DNA of 64,000 nt from Raja brachyura (Eukaryota): positions 24,056,001 to 24,120,000 of the forward strand of contig OY740783.1 in NCBI GenBank assembly GCA_963514005.1. Reading direction: 5' to 3'. The translations under genes were made by a program, and so were the position numbers. The notes below the pieces were generated by a model. The model saw nothing but the letters and a program-made list of their open reading frames with translations, did no database searches and was not told the origin of the DNA. This document shows positions 47,580-58,935 of this stretch, in pieces (within the stretch, counting starts at the first letter, position 1; each line of letters starts with the position of its first letter).

Positions 47580-48040
47580 TGTTGGACCACCAGGTATTTA
47601 TTGACATTGTAACTCGGTATGGAACGCCAGATATCGACCTTTTTGCATCCAGACTTAATCACCAGATACCAACATCTGAAGAAAGGTCTCGACCCGAAAC
47701 GTCGCCTATCTCCTTCGCTCCTTAGATGCTGCTGCACCCGCTGAGTTTCTCCAGCTTTTTGTGTAACCAACATATGTTGCATGGGAACCAGACCCTGGGG
47801 TAGTAACGATGGATGTTTTCTCGCTACACTGGGGGGATTTGTTTTTCTATGCATTTCCCCCCTTCTGCCTTATCAGTTGGGTCTTGCGGAAAATTCAACA
47901 AGACTCAGCATCAGGTATTTTGGTAGTACCCAATTGACCTACTCAGCCATGGTTCCCTGTGGTCTCAGAACCATGTATTCCAAAATCCAAACGCCCCACT
48001 TTGCTGGTACATCCTGTGACAGGGGAGAGTCATCCGTGCC
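47580..48040 (+). pseudogene. DIRS DNA N6-adenine methyltransferase-like domain, interrupted
   Basis: After removing 47676-47773 it reads PDIDLFASRLNHQIPTYVAWEPDPG..DVFSLHW, then (frameshift) AFPPFCLISWVLRKIQQD and QPWF. Confidence 0.75.
47676..47765 (+). mobile_element. 90-bp Penelope-derived hammerhead mini-element inserted in DIRS
   Basis: Begins exactly at CTGAAGA. 8-bp TSD ACCAACAT at 47668-47675 and 47766-47773. Excision restores the host reading frame. Confidence 0.9.
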
Positions 48041-48062
48041 ATGACCGAATGAACCTATTGGT

Positions 48063-49012
48063 TTGCAGGATTTGAAAAGACCTCTCCTGGAATTTGGGCT
48101 GTCGGACCGAACCATGAATATCATCACGGCATCATGCAGAGAGTCCACCAGGAAACAGTACCTTACCTATATCAAAAAATGGGAGGTATTTTGTACCAGG
48201 ACAAACACTACTTCCTGGCAAGTCTACATTTCGATGAAGGCTTGAGTTATAGTGCCATCAACTGCGCAAGAAGTGCCCTGTCCTCATACCTGGAACAGTG
48301 GTTAGAACACCATGGAGTAGGATCTCACTCTCTGGTGTCAAAACTTATGAGGGGTATTTTTAACTCAAATCCCCCCAGGCCTCGATGTTCCCAGACCTGG
48401 GATATTGGCATTGTCCTGACCTTGCTCAGAGATTGGGCACCAGCCACGTCCCTTTCACTAACCAAACTCACGTATAAAATGGTGATGCTGATGGCGCTTG
48501 TAACGGCACAGCGGGTCCAGTCTCTGCACAAACTAAGACTGGACGCCATGGCAACATCCCAAAATAAGGTAACCGGTCACATTTATGAGTTACTTAAACA
48601 GAACAGGCCTGGATCATCTGGCCTCAAATTGGAGTTCTTGGCTTATCCCGTAGATAGACGCCTATGCATAGTGACCCACCTTCTACATTACCTGGAGGTC
48701 ACCAAAAGTCTCAGGGGAACGGAAATGGCTCTATTGATAAACTTTAAACATCCTCATCATAGAGTAACTGTGCAGACCATCTCAAGATGGCTTAGGGTGG
48801 TATTAGATGCAGCAGGGGTGGACACTGATGTTTTTAAATCTCATTCTACCAGGGCTGCAGCTACATCGGCAGCAATGATTATGGAAGTTGCTATGGACCA
48901 CATCCTTGCAACGGCGGGTTGGTCTAATGAAACAACTTTCCAGCAGTTTTATAACATACCTGTGGCCACGCCTGAGATATTTGCAGACACTATTTTAAGT
49001 TCTGTATTATAA
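48063..49012 (+). pseudogene. DIRS tyrosine recombinase (one N-terminal frameshift; catalytic domain open)
   Basis: GLSYSAINCARSALS, TAQRVQ (R), HSTRAA (HxxR), AGWS (W) and TFQQFY (Y). Confidence 0.9.
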
Positions 49013-49210
49013 TTTCCCCCGAAATTAGGGATTATTATTATTTGTTAAATAAATACATTATTGTTTTTCAGCACTGTTTCAAGTCTGAAATACGTTAACA
49101 TACTTCCTCCATTGGTTATTATGGCAGTGTGTGAGCATGGACTCATTTCCAGGGCATGAAATCACAGAGCTTTGAAGTCTTCACGTAGTCACTCACGTGA
49201 CTCCGAAGTA

Positions 49211-49484
49211 AAATAGTAAGATTAAAGGAGAACTTACCAGTTTGAAGTTTGATCGTTATTTTATGAGGATTTACGATGAGGAATTACGTGCCCTCTGCTC
49301 CCAACCCTCTATTATGTCAATTGGTATGTTAGTTCTCTTATCTTACTATCGTCAGTCAACTCTACTATCTGTGATTTCACACCGCTGCTTTGAAGAATGT
49401 GGCGCATGCATGCTGGCATCGTAACTCCTCATAAAATAACGATCAAACTTCAAACTGGTAAGTTCTCCTTTAATCTTACTATTT
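49211..49484. repeat. 68-bp inverted repeat: DIRS internal complementary region vs right terminus
   Basis: 49211-49278 is the reverse complement of 49417-49484 with one mismatch. Confidence 0.92.
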
Positions 49485-49551
49485 ACCTTAATTACCCCAT
49501 AAGAATAAGGGGTTGTCCCTTTATTTAAGAATAAAGGGTAGGCCATTTAGT

Positions 49552-49836
49552 TAAGAATAAGGGATAGACAATTTAGGACTGTGATGAGGAGAAACATTTT
49601 CACCTAGAGAGTTGCGAATCTGTGGAATTCTCTGCCATAGGAGGCAATGGAGGACAATTCACTGGATGTTTTCAAGAGAGAGTTAAATTTATCTCTTAGG
49701 GCTAATGGAATCAAGGAATATGGGGAGAAAGCAGGAAAGGGGTACTGATTTTGAATGATCAGCCAAGATCATATTGCTGGCTCGAACGGGTGAATGGCCT
49801 ACTCCTGCACCTATTTTTCCATGTTTCTATGTTTCT
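49552..49836 (+). mobile_element. CR1 3' end fragment
   Basis: Matches 7191-7470; (ATGTTTCT)n tail. Confidence 0.8.
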
Positions 49837-50420
49837 ACAAAACTGCACATCTTTGGAACATGGGAGGAAACCGAAGATCTTGGAGAAAACCCATGCGGGT
49901 TGCACCAGCTTGAGTCATCTCACTACAGTTCCACACAAACTGTGGGCAGCAAAGTGAGGCAGCGGGAGAGTTGCTGCCTTACAGTTCCAGAGACCCGGGT
50001 TCAACGACAGGTGCTGTTGATGCTGATTAGAACTGAAATCAAAGGATTTTCAAATAAAAGAAGTTAACAATACTAGCAGGTACGATGCAATATAATTAAA
50101 TGCAATATAATTCCGCTTCATTTTGCGTGCGCAGGAACCTTTATGAATCAATTCTGCTTTGACTTCTTCATTGTGTTCTGACTTTTGAACTGAATTGAAT
50201 TTCCACTTCAGCAACTGGGTATTACTCATGCAGTTTTTTATGGACTCTTTTAGGAAAGCAAAACACTATTTTTCAATGGTGATTCTGGCTTATATTTTGA
50301 CCGTTAATCAGCTCCTCCCATGTGTAATGAAAACAAAGGGAAACAGTATAAATTTCTTACCAAAGACACCTACCGATGCATAAAGAGGATTCTCCTCACA
50401 CTCATTACAGTTCCACATGA

Positions 50421-50560
50421 AGAAGTCTGAAGAAGGGTTTCGGCCCGAAACGTTGCCTATCACAGTCTGAAGAAGGGTTTTGGCCCGAAACGTTGCCCAT
50501 CTCCTTCGCTCCTTAGATGCTGCTGCACCCGCTGAGTTTCTCCAGCCTTTTGTGTACCCG
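50421..50560 (+). mobile_element. 140-bp Penelope-derived mini-element with two tandem hammerhead motifs
   Basis: 13-bp TSD CAGTTCCACATGA at 50408-50420 and 50561-50573. A 40-nt repeat gives cores at 50427-50454 and 50467-50494. Confidence 0.9.
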
Positions 50561-50594
50561 CAGTTCCACATGATTTATGTGGAATGATGGACAA

Positions 50595-50875
50595 CAAAGT
50601 GAAGCAGCGGTAAAGGTGCTGCTTTACAGTTCCAGAGCCCAGGTTCGATCCTGACTACGGCTGATATCTGTACGGAATTTGGACGTTCTCCATGGGTTTT
50701 CTCTGGTTTCCTCCCACATTCCAAAGTCACGATGGTTTGTAGGTTAATTGGCTTCTGTAAATTCCCTTTCATGTGTAGGATAGAACTAGTGTGTACTCAT
50801 AATCAGTGGTCGGCATGAATTCAGGGGTCCGAAAGGCCTGTTCCCATGCTGTATCTCTAAACTAAACTAAACTAA
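50595..50875 (+). mobile_element. tRNA-derived SINE
   Basis: B-box GGTTCGATCC and (CTAAA)n tail. Confidence 0.8.
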
Positions 50876-51717
50876 AAGAAAATGATTGGCATTAACCAAC
50901 GTGTGTTGAATAGGATAATGAGAGGGTGAGAATAAAATAACTGACGGTAATTTAATCAAGTAGTTCTAGGCTATCAAACATCATGAGAGCATATCTTGAG
51001 TGATTTATGAATATCAACAAAATTTGTAATGAAATGTTCCTCTAAAGTAACAGTGTACTGGTACGGCATGTTGCTGTGACAACAGTAGAAAGACACATGC
51101 TTGATTGATATTCCCTTCTCGGGCCTGTTGTTTAAAATCCTGGCCAGACTGTTTAAGGGACTAACAAGAAATAACTAAGTGTTTACCTCCAGTGGAAAGA
51201 GAAAATAAGAGGAAGAATTATTAATGGTTGGTGCATTGTGACTTTTAGAAATGGACAGCTTGCAGAAGATTGAAGGCTTGTAAAATCACAGAAGTAGAAA
51301 ATAGAATGAAAAGCATTCCTTGCCTATAAAAGATTAATGTCGTTAGTGACTGTGAGATTTTAAAAAAAGTATGGGTCAAACTTACTTGATAACATCCCAT
51401 TTATTTCACATTACCAATTATCTTGAGGAATTGGTGAGTCATTGTCCTTCAGGGGGACACGAATATAAATTGTGTCAGGTTGAGTCAGGTGTAGAAACAA
51501 GGAACTGCAGAAGCTGGTTTACACAAAAGGACCCAAAGGTCATCTACTCCTTTTCTCCCGAGATGCTATATGACCCGCTGAGTTACTCCAGCATTTTGTA
51601 CCTACAGTATAAAGGACACATAGTGTTGGAGTAACTGAATATGTCAGGCAGCATCGCTGGAGAACATGGGTGGGTGATGTTTTGGGTCAGGACCCTTCTT
51701 CGGGCAGTGTGTGACCT

Positions 51718-52030
51718 GTAGAAACATCGAAAAATAGAATATAGGTGCAGGAGTAGGCTATTCGGCCCTTCGAGCCAGCATCACCATTCAATATGATCAT
51801 GGCTGATCATCTTAAATCAGTACCCTGTTCCTGCTTTCTCCCCATATCCCTCGATTCCGTTAGCCCTAAGAGTTATATCTAACTCTCTTAAAAACATCCA
51901 GTGAATTGGCCTCCACTGCCTTCTGTGGCAGAGAATTCCACAGATACACAACTCTCTGGGTGAAAATGTTTTTTCCTCATCTCAATCCTAAATGGCCTAT
52001 CCCTTATTCTTAAACTGTGACCCCTGGTTT
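51718..52030 (-). mobile_element. CR1 3' end fragment
   Basis: Matches 41690-41985. Confidence 0.8.
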
Positions 52031-52964
52031 TGGACCTGGGGTCAGGACTGGGGACTTGAAGGTGATGGCATTCATTGTTCTTCCAAGTATACAGTTTGAT
52101 AATGGAGGGAGATTTTGTTGAAACATCATAGAAAATATTTGCATGAAATGCTGGCCAGGTGTGCTCCAGTGATGGAGATAGTTATTGAGTCTAGGTGCAG
52201 AGCTTTCAGTCAAGCAATTTGGTGTGCCCTGAAAGACGTTGAGGTTGATGACACAAGAAACTCTCCACCTCTGCGGAAGAACCTCAAATCATTGCCTATC
52301 GGTTCCCCCCACTGATGCTGCCAGACTCACTGCGTTACTCCAGCACTTTGCATTTAGTTCAAGATGTTGAGGTTCCTGTTTCGACTCTGACTCTACTTCT
52401 AAGTATTCCATGACATATCTGCCAAGCATTGCTGTTGCTGTTAAACCTAGAAGTTCAGTCACTAATCTCAGTAATAAGCCTCTGACTCTCTCTTGAAAAA
52501 CAATTGCATTAATTTGGTTTACATGTCAAGGAAACTCTTGGTTAAAGGCAGCCCAGGGTTTTCAATGGTAACAATGCACCGCTGCTGATTAAGGATAAAT
52601 GGCTCTTTTTCCTTTTTGTACATTACTCAGTATTTCTGGCACAATCCCAATCACAAAACATTTAGCTCCAATTAATTAAATGAAGGTTGTCTGGGTTACG
52701 TTCAAAACCAGGCAGCTTCATGGGGTCCAGAGTCAATGCTAAGGATCCTCAGAACCTCCTGTGCCTGATTGCAGAGTACTGTGCTACATCTTTTGTATCG
52801 ACTCCATCTGTTTGAAAGGATACCCCCAGTCATGGCAATGCAAGAGATTAGGTTGTGCTGGGTAGATATACAGTACATAGAAACATAGACATAGAAACAT
52901 ACAAAATAGGTGCAGGAGTAAGCTATTTGGCCCTTCGAGCCAGCACCGCCATTCGTTGAGGCAA

Positions 52965-54389
52965 TTCAGCTTTTGATGTAGGGACCCCGCCGGGTGATGG
53001 TAATTCCAGCGGCCGCATCCGCAAACGGGCTGGTTTAAACTCTGCGGCCTGGGGTGGTCGAAGCTTCCGAAGCTCCCACCCTCCAGTCCAATGGACGAAG
53101 CTGTCGTTGCGGAAGCTCCAGAAAACCAGTCACCAACCTGGGATCTGCGAGCTCCCGACGTTGTCGTCCACGGGGCCCGCGGCCGAGCCTCCGAGGGTCC
53201 GAAGTCGGGCCGCCACCACCGCCGCTGCCGCAACACCACCACAGCCCCGAAGGTCGCCCAGCACCGCGTTGGAAAGTCCTGGCTCCGATTTATCTCGGAG
53301 CCTCGAGGCCAGTCCCAGTTGGAGGCCGCCAGCTCCGCAATAGGCCTCAGCACAGACGGAGACGAGGGATACGATAAGAAAAGGTCGCATTACCCCAAAG
53401 GAAGAGACGAAAAAGAGTTTCTTCCCCCCCCACACATACACAAACTAAAATAAACAAAATAAACTAAACAACAGAACAAAAGAAAACAAAAAAAAAAGAA
53501 AAAAACAGACGGACTGCAGGTGAGCCGCAGCTGCTAGGGCAGCGCTAGGACAGGTACATTTATTTGTCACATGTGCCAGTTGGCACAGTGAAATGTGATC
53601 ACCATACAGCCATACAATAAAATAAAGAACACAACACACGATAGAGTTCAACATGAAACATCCCCACAGCAGAATCAAAAGTTTCCCACTGTGAGGGAAG
53701 GCACCCAAGTCAATCATCTTCCTCTAATGTTCACCCATGGTCGGGGCCTCCAGAGCCCTCCGCAGTTGCCGCTATGGGCAGCCCGCCATTCAGGCCCGCT
53801 CGCCGGGATGTTGAAACTCCGACGTCGTAACGGGAGGCCAACCTTGGCGGCTTGGACCTCCAAAACGCCCGCCACTTCCAACTGGATTCAACAGCTCCCG
53901 ACGTCCCCAGGCTGCGCTGGGCGTAGATGCAATGCTGGCGGCCCTCGGCAAAGGGTCCCAGGGGCTCCGCGATGTCAGTCAGCGCCGCCCACGCTGGGAA
54001 CTCCGCGTACCAAAGCGCCGCGATGTTGGAGCAGCGGCCCAACGTTCCTGAGCTTCAAATGGCGATCCAAGTAGCCATCGGCCACTCCACGGTGAATCCA
54101 GCGCCGCGCCGCCGCTGCCGAAGCTTTGGTCCTGTCCCCGGTCTCTGGTAGGAAAGGCCGCTCCGATCCAGTGGTAGGCCGCAAGGAGGGGGGGGCGAGG
54201 ATGCGACTCGGAGAAATAGTCGCATCCTCGCCATGAAGCGACTGGGAAACGGTTCTCCCCTTACCCCTCCCCCCTCTCCCAAATAGAAACACTAAAGAAT
54301 CCCCAAAACAAAACTGTTAGACAAACTTAAATTTAAAAAATAGGAAAAAACGGACAGGCTGTAGGCAGAGGCAGCCTTCAATGCAGCGG
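52965..54389 (-). mobile_element. Two tandem GC-rich non-coding elements, the longer ending in a Rex1/Babar-like 3' tail
   Basis: Units at about 52965-53546 and 53548-54389 share the minus-strand head GCTGC...GTCCGT-T-tract-G-run-hairpin. 53550-53640 matches the tail motif TTTCACTGT...TGTGACAAATAAA at 845-882. Confidence 0.6.
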
Positions 54390-54517
54390 NNNNNNNNNNN
54401 NNNNNNNNNNNNNNNNNNNNNNNNNNNNNNNNNNNNNNNNNNNNNNNNNNNNNNNNNNNNNNNNNNNNNNNNNNNNNNNNNNNNNNNNNNNNNNNNNNNN
54501 NNNNNNNNNNNNNNNNN
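54390..54517. other. Assembly gap (128 N)
   Basis: Run of N. Confidence 1.
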
Positions 54518-55334
54518 GTTGATTATTTGTACCATTGTATTATGGCTAAAATACATTTCCAAGGATAAGCAATGAATTAGCAAAAGGAAAAATACAATCT
54601 CCAAATCCTTTGAACAGATTACCACCATTGTTCAAAGGAGGGTACTTTTAATATGAGGCAGATGCCTTTTTGATCTCTTTGCTGGAGATAGCACTACTGT
54701 CATAGTTAACATTCAACTCATACACTTATTTGTCCTTAATTGAGCATCAAGTAGGATAGAAATATGAAAAATGCATTAATCATTCAGCTATTGCAAGTAT
54801 ATTTATACTTACTTTCTAATTTTAACAGATAATTGGACTCTCGTACCATGCAAGTTTTGTATGGCTTTCAGGTTATCATTTTTATTGTTGACTCATCACA
54901 ATAACTCCAACAGAAACTAATATGCCTTTTCTTTTGGCTTATTCCTCTTAAACTTCATTTTTAAATATTCAGCTTTTCACCGTGATTTATACAATAACTT
55001 TAAACCCCATTAACATTGCCATGTTTTTAAATATTGCAATAGAAATATTAAAAAAAATGTCCTTTGCTTTTCCCATTAGGACAGCGTGTGTTTGTCAAGC
55101 AACTTTGTGTTGTTCACATTAATGGAAAAAATGTTCATAAAATGCAAGTGTGATATATATGGAGCAAATTGTAGATCCAAAGCAATGATTATTTTTCCGG
55201 TCATTCATACTTTGGATGGTATCTGCACTTCCGTGGATTTGTGGTACTTACACTTCTATGGAATTGGTGTGACTTGGCATCAACATTTTTGTACAGGAAC
55301 AACACCTGGCCTGGAATTCTGCCCGCCCTCAGGA

Positions 55335-55735
55335 AGTTAGAGGGTGAAGCAGAGTCTATTCACCAGCTGTTACACCATCCCAAGACCAGTCACATCTTCC
55401 CCATCGTTTTCTACTGTCCGCAGGAACTATGTTGACCCCTTTGTGCACTCTTCCATCCCCACCTACTCACCCTCATCCCCTGGCACGTTTCCCTACAGCC
55501 ATAGAACGTGTAAAGCCAGTCTCTACACCAGTCTCAAGCGTCATAATGGCCCAAACGATCGCCCGTTCATTCCCTCCGCTGATGCTGCCTGACCTGCTGA
55601 GCTTCTCCAGCACTTTGTATTTTGCGTGTATCTCTACATCTCCTGCCTAACCACCATCCAGGAATCTAAACAACTCTTTCAGGTGAGGCAGTGGTTCACA
55701 TGCATGTCACACATCCTCCTCTTTTGCAATTGTTG
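55335..55735 (+). mobile_element. Old Penelope ORF fragment
   Basis: Degenerate match to the reverse complement of 32290-32540 (CACATCTTCCC...CCCCTGGCACGTTTCCC...CAGGTGAGGCAGTGGTTCACATGC). Confidence 0.6.
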
Positions 55736-56290
55736 TCATAGAGTCATAGAGTGATACAATGTGGAAAAAGGCCCTTGGGCCCAACTTGTCCCAGCTACAC
55801 TAGTCCCACCTGCCCACGTTTGGTCCATATCCCTCCAAACCTGTCTTATTCATGCACCTGTCTAACTGTTTCTTAAATGTTAGGATAGCCCCAGCCTCAA
55901 CTACTGTACCTCCTCTGGTGGCTTGTTCCATACACCCACCACCCTTTGTATGTAAAGGTTACCCCTCAGATTCCTATTAAATCTTTTCCCCTTCACCTAT
56001 GTCCTCTGGTCCTTGATTCACCTACTCTGTGCAAGAGACTCTGTGCATCTATACAATCTATTCCTCTCATGATTTTTTACACCTCAATAAGATCACTTAT
56101 CATCCTCCTGCACTCCAAGGAATAGAGTCCCAACCTACTCAACCTCTTCCAAAAGCTCAGACACTCGAGTCCTGGCACCATCCTTGTAAATCTTGTCTGT
56201 ACCATTTCCAGCTTGACAAATGTATATGTTTCCTATAACATGGTGCCTAGAACTGAACACTATACTCTAAAAGCGGCCTCTTATATAACT
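55736..56290 (-). mobile_element. CR1 3' end fragment
   Basis: (CATAGAGT)n tail on the plus strand; similar to 9010-9540. Confidence 0.8.
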
Positions 56291-56914
56291 GCCAGTTGCA
56301 GGACTTTAAAACGTTCTTCCCTGTCCCACTCCACTTTCTTGACCCACTGGTTTCTCTACTCCCTTATTTTTTTTCCACTTCTCACCTTCTCTACTTTTCA
56401 GATTCTAGCCTTCTGTTATCGACATTTATCATCTTTCATCCTCTGTCTCTATTTCCATCCTCCCCTCCCATTACTGGATCCATATATTGTCAATTATGTG
56501 ATATCTTTGAGTATTATATTCACTGACCTGTTATGCTGCAAGCAACAATTTCATTGTTCCGTTATTGGTACACATGACAACGAAACACTCCTGACTCTTG
56601 ATCCAGCACTTTTGTCTACCATCGATTTTCTAGCATCTGCAGTTCCCTTTTAAACACCTGACCTTTGATCCATCTGCCCATTATTGTCCTCCTACTCTGG
56701 ATCCCGCTTCGCCTGTTAACCACCCCCTTCACCTTGTAATATTGGCTATTTCTCCTCTATTATCACAGTCCTGATGAAGGGTCTTAACATGAAGCGTCAG
56801 AGGCATATCTGCCTCCATAGATGCTGCCTGACCCATTGACTTCCCCCCGCAGTTTATTCTTTGCACCGCGAATGAAGGATTGTCTAATCGATGTCACATG
56901 TCACTTGTCACCAT

Positions 56915-58137
56915 GTCTCTTCAAGCCAGCACTGCCATTCAATACGATCATGGCTGATCATCCTAAATCAGTACACCATTCTGGCTTTTTCCCCATATCT
57001 CTTGATTCCCTTAGCCCTAAGAGCTAAATCTAACTTTATCTTGAAAACATCCGGTGAATTAGTCTGCACTGCCTTCTGTGGCAGTGAATTCCAAAGATTC
57101 ACAACTCTCTTGGTGAAAAGGTTTTCCTCATCTCAGTCCTAAATGGTCAACCCCTTATTCTTAAACTGTGACCACTGGTTCTGGACTCCCCCAACATCGG
57201 GACCATTTTTCCTGCATCTATCCTCTAAGATTTTGTATGTTTCTTTGAGATCTCCTCTCATACTCCTAATACAGCGAATATAAGTCCAGTTGACCCATTC
57301 TTTCATCATACGTCAGTCGCGCCATCCTGGGAATTAACCTGGTGAACCTATGCTGCACTCCCTCAATAGCAATAATGCCCTTCCTCAAATTAGGAGACCA
57401 AAATTGCATGCAATACTCCAGGTGTGTTCGCACCAGGACCCTGTAAAACTGCAGTAGGACCTCCTTGCTCCTAAACTCAAATCTTCTGACAATGAAGGCT
57501 TTCTTCACTGCCTGCTGTACCTGCATGCTTACTTTCAGTGACTGATGTACAACCACACCCAGGTCTCGTTGCACCTCCCCTCCTCCTAATCTGACACCAT
57601 TCAGATTATAATCTGCCTTCCTGTTCTTGCCACCAAAATGAATAACCTACATTTATCCACATTATACTGCATCTGCCATGCTTTTGCCCACTCATCCAAC
57701 CTATCTGTCACCCTGCAGCTCCATACCATCCTCCTCGCAGCTCACTGCCACCCAGCTTTGTGTCATCCGCAAACTTAGAGATGTAAAATGTAATTCTCTC
57801 GTCTAAATCGTTAATATATATTGTAAACAACTGGGTCCCACCACCGATACTTGCGGCACCCCACTAGTGCCATTCTGAAAAGGACCCGACTGCCAACCAG
57901 TTCTCTGTACATGTCAATATCCTACCCCCAATACCATGCGCTCTAATTTTGCACCCTAATCTCTGGTGTGAGACATTGTCAAAGGCTTATTGAAAGCCCA
58001 GATACACCACATCCACCGGTTCTCCCTTATCAATTCTGCTTGTTACATCATCAAAAGATTCCAGAAGATGAGTTAAGCATGATTTCCCCTTAATAAATCC
58101 ATGTGGACTTTGACCGATCCTGTCACTGCTTTCCAAT
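56915..58137 (-). mobile_element. CR1 3' fragment (RT region, decayed)
   Basis: ORF 57266-57574 QRDLGV..YRVLVRTHLEYCMQFWSP; colinear with 41730-43000. Confidence 0.88.
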
Positions 58138-58736
58138 CTACTTCTACCTGAGCAGAGACTTCAGACAGTGTTGTACATTATTTTGCTTCACATTGTAAGT
58201 GGTATGGGACCACCAGCAGACAATTCTTTAAGCAATTAATTACTTGGATAATATATGTAGAACAAGCAACGGGATAAGCAATAGGTTCTGCTTTATTGAT
58301 GTCCATTGTCGATTTTGTCCATGTACCAAAAATACCCAAACCTCACTCAATATGGTAGATACAAGGTAGTGCAAAGCTTCCCATGCCAGCTTACAAAACA
58401 AGACACAAAGTACTGGAGTAACTCAACAGGTCAAGCAGCATCACTGGAATAACATGAATAGTTGATGTTTTAGGTCGAGATCCTTCTTAAGTCCAATGGT
58501 GACCATACCTTCACATTATTGCATTGAATTATATCCAAAGCACATGTGATAGATGAGAAAGAACAATTACTAAAACAGAGAGCGAGTGGAAACAAGTTCT
58601 GCTGTTCGTAAGAACAAATGTACATACATCAGTCTTTTGAATATAATAACACGGGCTCATTCATAAGTATATATACGTTCAGAACTACATTTATTTTTTA
58701 AGTTGGTCATGCATATCCAGGAACTCTATATATAAA

Positions 58737-58935
58737 ATACAAAAAGCTGGAGTAACTCAGTAGGTCAGGCAGCATCTCTGGAGAAAAGGACTAGGTGACG
58801 TTTCGGGTCAAGACCCTTCTTCAGACATTAAACATCATCTATTCCCTTTCTCCAGAGACGCTGCCTGGCCCACTGAGTTAATTCAGCTTTTAGTGTCTTC
58901 TTCGGTTTAACCCAGCATCTCCAGTTTCTTCAAAC
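58737..58935. mobile_element. Penelope-derived palindromic element
   Basis: Inverted arms; minus-strand core CTGAAGAAGGGTCTTGACCCGAAACGTC intact at about 58797-58824. Confidence 0.8.

Larger units (their letters stand above)
44726..49484 (+). mobile_element. DIRS1-group tyrosine-recombinase retrotransposon (left ITR missing)
   Basis: Order gag - RT - RNase H - methyltransferase-like - YR, followed by an ICR / right-terminal inverted repeat. Confidence 0.93.

Noticed and set aside
48134-49012. Phage integrase or bacterial contamination
   Set aside because: The recombinase is embedded in a DIRS gag-RT-RH-MT-YR layout with an ICR and is interrupted by host-type repeats.
52784-54292. Dense overlapping ORFs up to 189 aa
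   Set aside because: GC-rich non-coding repeat units. The ORFs cross element boundaries and have no domain motifs.
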